DNA of 64,000 nt from an uncultured Candidatus Saccharibacteria bacterium (GCA_964446735.1 CAYUQB010000001.1:111270-175269); one strand, 5' to 3'; numbered from the stretch's first letter, positions 21,543 through 29,438 are shown. Numbers and translations are program-made. Notes: generated by a model from the letters alone, not told the origin.

Positions 21543-21953
21543 TCAGGCGGCGAGCGCGAGGTCGGCGGTGTTCAAGAAGCGTCGCAGTTCTCCGCGAGGC
21601 TGCAGCTTGATCTCGTAGCCCTCACTCGTGAACTCCGGAAGCACGTCGCGCTCGCTCTCGGTGAGAACGACACGATAGACGGTGATCAGTTGGATCACCG
21701 TCTCGAGCTCACGCTCCGCCACTCGCGTCAGCGAGAGGCGATTCGGATCGATGCACAACCCGAGTTCATCACGCGCCTTGCGGCACGCCGCTTCTTCGAC
21801 TGTTTCAGCCGTGCGAACACGCCCGCCCGGGAACACCCAGTTACGGAAGCCCTTCGGCGGCCGTACGAGTGCGAGGTGTCCCTTCCACGCGGCGTGGAGG
21901 ACAACGATCGGACGGTGATTCTTCGCCACCCCAACTCCAATGAACTTCCCCAT
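21543..21953 (-). CDS. divergent Nudix-fold protein
   Basis: WVFPGGRV..AETVEEAACRKARDELGL (degenerate Nudix box); GAGGGAG SD; start trimmed to exclude the tRNA. Confidence 0.7.
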   Translation of the reverse strand: MGKFIGVGVAKNHRPIVVLHAAWKGHLALVRPPKGFRNWVFPGGRVRTAETVEEAACRKARDELGLCIDPNRLSLTRVAERELETVIQLITVYRVVLTESERDVLPEFTSEGYEIKLQPRGELRRFLNTADLALAA

Positions 21954-22011
21954 CGAAATTAACTCCCTCTCCGATTGGTACCCGCGTACCATATCATGTC
22001 TTATCAAAATG

Positions 22012-22084
22012 TGGACCCGAGGGAATTCGAATCCCTGACCTCTGCAATGCGAATGCAGCGCTCTACCAACTGAGCTACGGGCCC
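22012..22084 (-). tRNA. tRNA-Ala(CGC)
   Basis: GGGCCCG/CGGGTCC with G3:U70; CTGCA-TTCGCAT-TGCAG. Confidence 0.96.
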
Positions 22085-22121
22085 GTATGGCATGACGAAT
22101 ATAGCATGTGGGCAGAGAGCG

Positions 22122-22157
22122 AAAAGATGACGCCGCCCAGCAGTGTGGGCGGCGTCT
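22122..22157 (-). terminator. intrinsic terminator
   Basis: GACGCCGCCCA/TGGGCGGCGTC stem followed by a short T-run on the minus strand. Confidence 0.65.
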
Positions 22158-22174
22158 TCCTTGGGATCGGCTCG

Positions 22175-22786
22175 CTACGCTTCGAGCACTCCTTCGGGCG
22201 GCTTGAGCTTCCCGAGATCGATCAGCATGGCGGTGGGGTCGAAGTCTGGGCGACACTCATCGAGCCAGATCACCACCAGGTCGTCGCCGAAGACGAATTC
22301 CTTACGCCAGTCGAGCGCGAAGCTTGCCTCAAGGGTGGTGAGCGTCGCTCCGTGATAGTCGTCGTGGGCAACGAACGATGCCGGGAGTCGGCAGTATCGC
22401 TCAGAGCCGAACGACATCTCCGAGAACTCGTGGCCTTCCAGAAGGCCGACGGCGAAGTGCTCCCTCCGGTACGCCGCAGGGGCAAAGTAGCTGACGCCAG
22501 GCAGAATCTCCTCGTAGGCGACGAGCACCAATTGGCCCTGATGGGATTTCAAGAACTGCTCCGCCTTCCGTGCCAGGTCGCACACGTAGTCAGCGGGGTT
22601 GAACGGTCCGGCGACTGCAAAATCGCGGATCGGACAACCGGTGGTTTCGCCCGCGATGATCCGCCGGCGAAGTTCGGTGTATTCCTCCTTCGCGCGGCCC
22701 GCTGCACGCAGCGCAGCCGAATGTGCGCGGGTGCTACGCTCCCGCAGCACGAGCGCCTGCTGTAGCTGCTCTTCGATCGATCGCAT
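22175..22786 (-). CDS. hypothetical protein (orphan, GC-rich, SD-led)
   Basis: 203 aa, GGGAGG SD, own terminator, located between two tRNAs. Confidence 0.65.
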   Translation of the reverse strand: MRSIEEQLQQALVLRERSTRAHSAALRAAGRAKEEYTELRRRIIAGETTGCPIRDFAVAGPFNPADYVCDLARKAEQFLKSHQGQLVLVAYEEILPGVSYFAPAAYRREHFAVGLLEGHEFSEMSFGSERYCRLPASFVAHDDYHGATLTTLEASFALDWRKEFVFGDDLVVIWLDECRPDFDPTAMLIDLGKLKPPEGVLEA

Positions 22787-22842
22787 GGTGCAACCTCCCT
22801 TACCTATCGAAAGGGTATCAGAAATGCTTAGAAAAAGAATTG

Positions 22843-22913
22843 TCGGGCTGCCGGGAATCGAACCCGGTCTACATCCACCCCATGGACGCGTACTACCGGT
22901 ATACTACAGCCCG
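22843..22913 (-). tRNA. tRNA-Pro(GGG)
   Basis: CGGGCTG/CAGCCCG; CGTCC-ATGGGGT-GGATG; GTTCGAT. Confidence 0.94.
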
Positions 22914-22937
22914 CTCGTGTTCGAACGTTCTACTACC

Positions 22938-23345
22938 CTACATTCTGAACACTTTCGTCGCAACGACGTACGTAAGTCCTGCGGTAAGGGCAGTCATAAG
23001 TGTTCCCCACGCCATGTCGACCAGTGCTCCAAGCAGCGGCCAATTGGGAAGTGTTGCGAGGTTCGTGAGGTCGTAGGTCATGTAGACGGTGAAACCAAGG
23101 ACAGCACCGCCCGCAATTGCTTTCGTGAATGATCGTTCCTTGAGCGCGCCGTCGAGCACAAAGTAGATGAGCGCAAGTGCGTAGAGGATATAGAAGAGTG
23201 CCGCTGCCCACAGAAGTGGATCAGGACGGAAGAACGCTCCGAAGGTGGACTGGTAGAACCCAGCTGCGATAACACCAAGCCAACTCATGTCGAGTGCTAT
23301 AGAAATAGGAAGCGCGAGGCAGAAGAGCTTGAGATAGGTGTTCAT
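22938..23345 (-). CDS. DUF2177-family membrane protein
   Basis: LD..WLG, Y.TYDLTNLATL..WP, VDMAWG. Confidence 0.85.
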   Translation of the reverse strand: MNTYLKLFCLALPISIALDMSWLGVIAAGFYQSTFGAFFRPDPLLWAAALFYILYALALIYFVLDGALKERSFTKAIAGGAVLGFTVYMTYDLTNLATLPNWPLLGALVDMAWGTLMTALTAGLTYVVATKVFRM

Positions 23346-23941
23346 ACGGTAATAGTACCCTGGCCGAGTAGGAAGTTTTGGAGCTCTGTGCGCTTCTCGG
23401 GATTGTACTTGGCTTCAATGAGAAGCGGCCGAAGGGCGGTGTTCTGGAAATCAGGTCTGCTTGAGAGTTCGATCAGCTCATCGAGTGTGACGACGCGTGT
23501 ACTGACACGCTCGCCTGCGTCAGTAGAGGGAGCTCCAACATATCTGCAGTTACGAGCGACGAAGAAGTAGACCGCAAAGTCGACTCTGGTTTCGGGCTGA
23601 AAGCCGAACCAGTACGTAAGCTCATCGCTCTCATACCCTGTTTCTTCTTTGAGTTCTCGTCGGGCAGTTGTGAGAGGATCTTCCCCTTCCTCGATATGTC
23701 CTCCGGCGAACGTGGTGAGTGGGACACGTCCTGGTTGTTCGTCGTATCCGATGACTATTCTTCCATCAGGAAGCACCGGAATAGCGACTGCAGCATCCTG
23801 AGTGCGCTTTGCCTTCTCAAACGTGGCTGTGCTTCCATCAAAGAGTTCCTGTTCCCATTGGTATATATGAAAGTCTTTGCCCTTGAATACGCAGGTCGCA
23901 TGGGGAGGGATTGGTTGGCGACTTACGGGCCGTTCGATCAT
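23342..23941 (-). CDS. Nudix hydrolase (ADP-ribose pyrophosphatase-like)
   Basis: GGHIEEGEDPLTTARRELKEETGY. Confidence 0.9.
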   Translation of the reverse strand: MIERPVSRQPIPPHATCVFKGKDFHIYQWEQELFDGSTATFEKAKRTQDAAVAIPVLPDGRIVIGYDEQPGRVPLTTFAGGHIEEGEDPLTTARRELKEETGYESDELTYWFGFQPETRVDFAVYFFVARNCRYVGAPSTDAGERVSTRVVTLDELIELSSRPDFQNTALRPLLIEAKYNPEKRTELQNFLLGQGTITV

Positions 23942-23990
23942 AGCGCCAGAGTAGCATTGAGCTCGCTTGTTTGGTATCGTCCGAAGATTA

Positions 23991-24064
23991 GGACGATTAG
24001 CTCAGTTGGTTAGAGCGTTCGCTTCACACGCGAAAGGTCACAGGTCCGAATCCTGTATCGTCCA
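23991..24064 (+). tRNA. tRNA-Val(CAC)
   Basis: GGACGAT/ATCGTCC; TTCGC-TTCACAC-GCGAA; atypical T-loop TCCGAAT. Confidence 0.92.
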
Positions 24065-24065
24065 C

Positions 24066-24136
24066 CGGGCCGTGGTATAGTGGTATTACGTACGCTTCGG
24101 GTGCGTATAACCCGAGTTCGATTCTCGGCGGCCCGA
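24066..24136 (+). tRNA. tRNA-Pro(CGG)
   Basis: CGGGCCG/CGGCCCG; TACGC-TTCGGGT-GCGTA; GTTCGAT. Confidence 0.94.
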
Positions 24137-24142
24137 CTAAAT

Positions 24143-24169
24143 AACAAAGCCCCTTTCGGGGCCTTTGTT
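24143..24169. terminator. bidirectional terminator
   Basis: AACAAAGCCCC-TTTC-GGGGCCTTTGTT. Confidence 0.65.
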
Positions 24170-24530
24170 ATTTCGCCTCTACCACTGTAGTGAATCCCCC
24201 GTACGCAAAGCTTCGCATCTCCACCGGCATCTTCTGGTCCTTATACTTCTCATCGAAGTACGCCATGACCTTCTTATTCACTTGATCACGATGCGCTCGT
24301 GACTTGAAGACGATGTATGAGAAGAATACTACTTCTGTCGGCTTTGCTCCGATTAGTTTCGGGAAGGTAAGTTTCGAGTGCTTTGGTTTGAGATCTTCTC
24401 CGACGCATTCTTTATAGTCCAGCGCACCAAACTTCATCCAGATATCGCGTCCTTCGGTTGCCATCTTCTTATACACATCGAGCTTCCGCTTCGGAACGGT
24501 GAGCAAAAACCCATCAACGTACGTTGCCAT
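24168..24530 (-). CDS. DUF1428 (YbaA-like) protein
   Basis: YVDGFLLTVP, GALDYKECVGEDL, SRAHRDQVNKKVM, AYGGF. Confidence 0.88.
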   Translation of the reverse strand: MATYVDGFLLTVPKRKLDVYKKMATEGRDIWMKFGALDYKECVGEDLKPKHSKLTFPKLIGAKPTEVVFFSYIVFKSRAHRDQVNKKVMAYFDEKYKDQKMPVEMRSFAYGGFTTVVEAK

Positions 24531-24532
24531 GA

Positions 24533-24916
24533 TTATTCCTGTATTAGTGCTAAGAAGTTCCCGGCAGGATCCTTGAACCACGCTATGGCCGCGGGCCCTA
24601 GCTGAACTCCGTCGTTACGACAGATACCCTTCTCATCTGTTTTCATCATTGGTTCGTCGTACTGTTCGAACATAACGCCCTTGGCGGTAAGCTCATCGAC
24701 TGCAGAGTCGATGTCTTCTACTTCGAAGTTCAGGACGGTGAACGTTGCTGGAGCGTGATTCTGCTTCGGATAGATGAACACTCGTGTGTTAGGTAGCGTG
24801 AGCTCAAGTCCTTCGGGCATCTCTGCTGTTTGGGTGCCGAGTGTTTCTCCATAAAAGGCTTTTGCGGTCGGTATGTCATCGACAGAAAAGCTGGCGAATG
24901 AATTTTGGATCTTCAT
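24533..24916 (-). CDS. VOC/glyoxalase family protein
   Basis: AKAFY, TVLNFEVEDI, AWFKDPAGN. Confidence 0.9.
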   Translation of the reverse strand: MKIQNSFASFSVDDIPTAKAFYGETLGTQTAEMPEGLELTLPNTRVFIYPKQNHAPATFTVLNFEVEDIDSAVDELTAKGVMFEQYDEPMMKTDEKGICRNDGVQLGPAAIAWFKDPAGNFLALIQE

Positions 24917-24971
24917 GCAAATAGTATAGCGCTTGTATATGAGCGGTGTATGAGCGTGCTACGGTGATGCA

Positions 24972-25082
24972 ATGAAATGGTTGAAGCGTCTTGGCATCGT
25001 AGGTTTCCTTTTCTTTACGGTGAAGGGATTGCTTTGGCTTGTGGTGCCTGCGGCGATTGTGTGGTTTGGGGTGAACAATTAG
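24972..25082 (+). CDS. small membrane peptide (36 aa, not in the ORF track)
   Basis: MKWLKRLGIVGFLFFTVKGLLWLVVPAAIVWFGVNN*; its stop codon abuts att-like site A. Confidence 0.6.
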   Translation: MKWLKRLGIVGFLFFTVKGLLWLVVPAAIVWFGVNN

Positions 25083-25110
25083 GTGGACCTCGACGGAGTA
25101 AGTTCGAACC
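25083..25110. repeat. att-like site A
   Basis: GTGGACC-TCGACGGAGTAAG-TTCGAACC versus tRNA end GTGGACC-GTACAGGA-TTCGAACC. Confidence 0.7.
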
Positions 25111-25277
25111 AGTCAGCACTCGCACCACAGACACTCGACGTACAGCTCAAGCTTTTAGCCAGATTAGTCATCGATGTGATCAAACGTGATCGTGCGAAAA
25201 AGGGGATGGTTGAAACTAAGTCCCCAACGTCCTCGAAGCCCCTCATGTCCCTGGAGGTAACAACACAGACGAACTAG
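25083..25277 (+). pseudogene. short ORF starting at site A (possible displaced recombinase C-terminus)
   Basis: VDLDGVSSNQ...DRAKK; begins exactly at the site. Confidence 0.4.
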
Positions 25278-25837
25278 TCTAACTCCGGCAGACCGAAACG
25301 AGAGAGGTAATTCGCAAATCGTTGAGAGAGGTTTTCGCGGAAAAGTTCGTTTACCGTTGCTAGATAAGAGTCTGGCAAATGAGCCTGGAGAATATCAACT
25401 GGGATCGTATAGAAATGTTTGAAGTCAATGACGAAGGCTGGGACGGCGAATTCGGTTCCGGATTTTAGAAAGTGGTACCGCGGAAATTCCGTGTTTCCTT
25501 CAAGTTTTTCCCGCTCCCTGCTACTCGAAAAGGAGCGCTTGCGGGTTCCCGATATATGCTCACCCTTTACGAAAGTCTCGTATACATACGCTGGGCAGAC
25601 TAGAACAGTCGGGATGATTTTGTCAGTTATCTCAGGCTCCGCTGTCCGTTCCTCGTGATCGTGTTGTAGATCGCAATCCTGACTCATCACAACGGCGTAG
25701 TTTATTTGGGCCTCGGATTCCAATTCCGTGACCTCTCGGTATAGAGTGGAAAAATGTATGTCTATCAGGATGTCTCCTTGACAAATTCTTTCCCCCTCTT
25801 TTATGGCGTATCTAGCTGCTACTCGGCTCGGTAACAT
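25274..25837 (-). CDS. hypothetical protein, possible PemK/MazF-like fold
   Basis: QGDI...AVVMSQDCDL...VLVCP...FVIDF..FYTI...LATV pattern; downstream of a TIGR04255-like gene. Confidence 0.7.
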   Translation of the reverse strand: MLPSRVAARYAIKEGERICQGDILIDIHFSTLYREVTELESEAQINYAVVMSQDCDLQHDHEERTAEPEITDKIIPTVLVCPAYVYETFVKGEHISGTRKRSFSSSREREKLEGNTEFPRYHFLKSGTEFAVPAFVIDFKHFYTIPVDILQAHLPDSYLATVNELFRENLSQRFANYLSRFGLPELD

Positions 25838-25991
25838 ACTTAGTAGTTTTGAAGCTGGTTCTTCGAGTCAAATGTTCAACCTCTACGGAAAATGGATCCA
25901 CCTGCGTGGTGGGAACTTCAATATTCATTGCCGATGCGGTCATGATTACATCGTTTGAATTTTCTAGATTGCTATCGGTACTTGGGTTCAT
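25812..25991 (-). CDS. small low-complexity protein (59 aa), translationally coupled
   Basis: ATGA overlap with the upstream stop at 25988-25991; overlaps the next start. Confidence 0.5.
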   Translation of the reverse strand: MNPSTDSNLENSNDVIMTASAMNIEVPTTQVDPFSVEVEHLTRRTSFKTTKYVTEPSSS

Positions 25992-26761
25992 TTTGCTTTG
26001 TTTAGCCATTCTTTGAAGAGTTTTGTGATGCTCATATCAAACAGTCTATCTACATACTTGTTGTATCTTTCAATCACCTTGGAAATCGTTCCTTCTTCGG
26101 TTCCAGTTGGGAACTGGGAGTAGCAATCATAGTCAAGTATGAATTCCTTCCGGAGAACCTCCGCAGGGAAATCATTGTTCAAAAGGCCAAAATTGAAGGT
26201 GATATCAGCATCATCGTACTTCAATACTAACTGTCCCATTGCGCGGGCATTTTTTCCCTTAGAGGCTTTTATGAATTTCAAAGAACTTATAAGGTTTGAT
26301 GAAATATACCGGTCCCAGGTGAAATTTTCCTTGATCTCGTTAAGATTAATTTCGTTCCGATACCTAAGTCCGATACGATTGATCGTCTTGATCCCTGCCG
26401 CTTTTAGAAATGGCTCGAATATACACGACACGTCGTTGAGAAGGTCTTTTTTGTTTATGTACTTCTTGTACTCCATCACTATGTTGTCGGTAGATATTTC
26501 TAGTTTCTTGCTTTTTGTTGCGTTATGAAATATCCACACGGTCTTATGTAGGTCGCTGGTTTGAATCTTTTTGGGATTCATATTTACAACCATCGCATTC
26601 ACCATCGTGGTCGACTCCAGGTAGGGAAACGTTCCTTCAATACTCTTGTGAAATTCTTTAAGAAAATTTAGCTCAACTTTATCGAAGTCGAGTCGAAGGA
26701 AGACGCTACTCAAGTAATTACGCTTGTATGTTTTCGGCGTAGCCGGCAGTGATGTAGCCAT
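25988..26761 (-). CDS. TIGR04255-family protein
   Basis: YKRNYLSSVFLRLDF, INRIGLRYRNEI, FILDYDCY, LFDMSIT. Confidence 0.82.
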   Translation of the reverse strand: MATSLPATPKTYKRNYLSSVFLRLDFDKVELNFLKEFHKSIEGTFPYLESTTMVNAMVVNMNPKKIQTSDLHKTVWIFHNATKSKKLEISTDNIVMEYKKYINKKDLLNDVSCIFEPFLKAAGIKTINRIGLRYRNEINLNEIKENFTWDRYISSNLISSLKFIKASKGKNARAMGQLVLKYDDADITFNFGLLNNDFPAEVLRKEFILDYDCYSQFPTGTEEGTISKVIERYNKYVDRLFDMSITKLFKEWLNKAK

Positions 26762-26910
26762 TGAGATGTAACTCTATAAGTATACGCAGTATCAGATCCT
26801 TTTCCACCGTGTGGGAGGTTCGAATCCCCTTCGGTCGAATGGCTGATGCAGCTCCTAAAAATATCCTTTGGCTGCTGGGCGAAAACTCAAACTATGCGCC
26901 CGGCGCATAG

Positions 26911-27090
26911 TGTGGACCACAACAGAACGATTTTCGAATCAAGATCGTGCCGGCGGCAGCAGTTGTTCACAAGTCGAAGTCAGACAAATCGTGGGCAGCA
27001 CTTCACGATGAACTATTCGCCGACGCGCAGTGGGAAGCACCTCCACCTGGTGCCGGTGACTATCTGCTGAATAAGTATGTGCTGAACTAG
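26911..27090 (+). pseudogene. ORF remnant downstream of site B
   Basis: CGPQQNDFRIK...QWEAPPPG...LN*; no start codon; shares a motif with the site C remnant. Confidence 0.4.
26912..26940. repeat. att-like site B
   Basis: GTGGACC-ACAACAGAACGATT-TTCGAATC, preceded by a perfect 10-bp inverted repeat at 26891-26911. Confidence 0.65.
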
Positions 27091-27193
27091 ACGCCGAAGC
27101 GGCGCAAGGAAGCTCGTGTGGCTTTCAGGAACTGCGGGTTTGCCATGATACGGCTGGCGATGACGGTACTACTCGCTGAGAAGCCCCCTGCTA

Positions 27194-27760
27194 TTAGTAA
27201 GGATTTTGACGCAGTCTCTTGAGGGAAGAGATTATGTAAAGTCCAAGGAACAGTAGTATCACTATCATGACTGCCAGAAATATTTTCTTGATCAGTGCAT
27301 ACAAATTCTCATGGTACTTTTGCTCATACGGAAATGGCGATACCGGTTCAATACTGAACATTTTACTGCTGAGGTCGGAAGTGAATACCCACTCGGGCTC
27401 GTCAGTTACGAACACAACCTTCAGTTCCTCGTTCGGATAGATGGAGGCGAACTTTACAACAGTTGTCTCTTCACCGGGATAAACTATTTCCGAGCCTCCT
27501 TTATCTCCTTGCACTTGTATATCTTTCCGTTCGATCTTCTTGTCTATCTTGAAAACGAGATCGCCAGTCTGTCTGCTGCTGTTGTAAATGTGAACCCTAT
27601 TGTAGGTCTTATCCAGGAACGAGATGTGATCGGTGAGATAGAGCAATCTTGGTTGGAGATTGAAGAAGGACACGATACTCGGCTGAAATATGACAAACAT
27701 AGTCCCGATTGCCGTCGTTACGAGCGCATTCACGACAATATTTGCGAGACTCGTCTTCAT
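27194..27760 (-). CDS. two-TM membrane protein (cassette cargo)
   Basis: N- and C-terminal TM helices around a beta-rich domain; ATG 13 nt from site C. Confidence 0.75.
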   Translation of the reverse strand: MKTSLANIVVNALVTTAIGTMFVIFQPSIVSFFNLQPRLLYLTDHISFLDKTYNRVHIYNSSRQTGDLVFKIDKKIERKDIQVQGDKGGSEIVYPGEETTVVKFASIYPNEELKVVFVTDEPEWVFTSDLSSKMFSIEPVSPFPYEQKYHENLYALIKKIFLAVMIVILLFLGLYIISSLKRLRQNPY

Positions 27761-27772
27761 GCATTTTTGTGT

Positions 27773-28138
27773 TGTGGACCGATTTGGGGGCACGTTCGAA
27801 CTGGACGTAAATCGGACGATGGGCTGACGGAAATACTGTTTAGAATCGACGAAAGTTCGAACCCTACTGAACAGTCATGCCCAACCAGGCAATGGTCGAA
27901 AGAGGAGTTACGGCAGATTATGCTCCGCGTCAGAAAAGATAATCCTGACTGGAAGCCAACCTGGGAAGCAGCTCCGCCACCCCGCAAGGAAAACCCGGGA
28001 TGGGAGGCCATTCGACGGATTAATCGAGAGCGAATAGCGGACAGGGCGAAGAAAGAGTTTGAGGAGATGTCCTCGAAGTCCACTGATGAGGATGAGTGTG
28101 AGGCAGCCGGGTTCTCCGATGTGGGCGGTGCTGACTAG
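27773..28138 (+). pseudogene. ORF remnant downstream of site C
   Basis: CGPIWGHVRT...ESSNP...TWEAAPPP...DRAKK...*. Confidence 0.45.
27774..27802. repeat. att-like site C
   Basis: GTGGACC-GATTTGGGGGCACG-TTCGAACT; a second half-site-like TCGACGAAAGTTCGAACC lies at 27846-27863. Confidence 0.65.
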
Positions 28139-28169
28139 CCCACTTCAGATGGGCAAAGGCTTGCCAGTA

Positions 28170-29351
28170 CTAGAGTTGTGGAGTGGAAGTTGCCTTTCGT
28201 GTCCTTATATACTCAACTTGCTCTTTTCCTACTTGCATTGCCTGGGAAGTTGTCCCTGAAACCGTAGCCACAAAGATGAATTGGCTGGATTCATCTAAGA
28301 GGTAGATCCTCGAATTAGCGTCAAGGGGTATTTCTGTTTTAAGTTTCCACTCTATTTCACGAGGTTGTCCACCTCCGATTGCAAAAGGAATTCTCGGGAA
28401 TATTACCCACCCGAATAGGATGATTGAACCAAGTATTGGTACAACACCTTGCCTAAATATCATTTCGTAGGAATTGACGTCAGTAAAATCAAACAACTTC
28501 AGATTTACTTCTGCTTTTGGGAAAGTCCAGTTTAGAAAAAAATACATGGTTAGAACGAAACCGAACAACCATGAGAACACGAGTGCCGAGGTGAGCGAAG
28601 TATTTGAAAGAGAATTGAAGTCAAACAAATTTACTCGAAGCTTGTAGTACGCATATACCGCCACCGCTAAGTAGCCAGAAATGATAATAAAATCTACCAA
28701 AAAAAGAGACAAATACATCCATGTTGGCTTCTTTGGTTTCGGGGCCACATCTTCCTCGGTGTTTGTGTTCTGCTCAGTGGTGGCGGGAGATACTGCATCT
28801 TTTTTCCTTGGAATCCAACTGTAGATGATACAGACCGCGATAATGCACAGATACAGCAAAAAAATGTACGAAAATATGTATATCGTATTCTTGATCAAAT
28901 AATCAACCGATCCAGACACAATATTTAATGAGGAGATGAAGTCGCCCAGGAAATCATAATTCGGTATTACTGCTTTGAAATATAGATGATCAGCAGATAT
29001 TGGAGCTTGATACCGTCCTAGATTGAAAAAGGTCGTCACTGCAAAGCTTAGACCAAAAATAGAAGATATTATATATATAAGTGTTAATCCGCGTTTTCTG
29101 AAATGATTTAGGTCAAAGAAGTCTTTGAAGGGAAGCGCTTTGAATGCGATCCAGGATACGACCAGACCTATCGCAATCGAACACATTGAGAATATGCCCG
29201 CTATCACATACCTGGCGTTTAGAATATCGAAACTAGCTATTCCGAATCTTCCGAGGTAGGCATTTATCGTGAGGAATCCGAATAGATACAGAATCGATCC
29301 TCCTGCCACCAGAAGCTGTAGGATGTTCTTGAGAGTCTCTAATTTAGGCAT
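28170..29351 (-). CDS. multi-pass membrane protein (cassette cargo)
   Basis: 393 aa, about 7 hydrophobic helices, AT-rich. Confidence 0.8.
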   Translation of the reverse strand: MPKLETLKNILQLLVAGGSILYLFGFLTINAYLGRFGIASFDILNARYVIAGIFSMCSIAIGLVVSWIAFKALPFKDFFDLNHFRKRGLTLIYIISSIFGLSFAVTTFFNLGRYQAPISADHLYFKAVIPNYDFLGDFISSLNIVSGSVDYLIKNTIYIFSYIFLLYLCIIAVCIIYSWIPRKKDAVSPATTEQNTNTEEDVAPKPKKPTWMYLSLFLVDFIIISGYLAVAVYAYYKLRVNLFDFNSLSNTSLTSALVFSWLFGFVLTMYFFLNWTFPKAEVNLKLFDFTDVNSYEMIFRQGVVPILGSIILFGWVIFPRIPFAIGGGQPREIEWKLKTEIPLDANSRIYLLDESSQFIFVATVSGTTSQAMQVGKEQVEYIRTRKATSTPQL

Positions 29352-29438
29352 TCTCTTGAGGGTTGTTCATCTGCTGACGTAAGAGCCGGGACCGTGGCAT
29401 GCTCGCCGTGACAAAAACTGTACTTATGTTATAATTTG

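Larger units (their letters stand above)
25083..29437. mobile_element. tRNA-Ala(TGC)-anchored island made of three stacked cassettes, no integrase
   Basis: Bounded and subdivided by GTGGACC-N13/14-TTCGAA sites related to the tRNA 3' end; cargo genes visibly AT-richer than the flanks. Confidence 0.75.

Noticed and set aside
21954-22256. N-terminal extension of the Nudix-like ORF
   Set aside because: It reads through tRNA-Ala(CGC); an SD-led ATG exists at 21953.
26813-26840. Additional tRNA gene
   Set aside because: Only a T-arm-like fragment; no acceptor, D or anticodon arms.
27311-27772. 5' half of the 275-aa plus-strand ORF as an intact recombinase
   Set aside because: Antisense to the membrane cargo gene with no serine- or tyrosine-recombinase motifs; only the part after site C looks meaningful.
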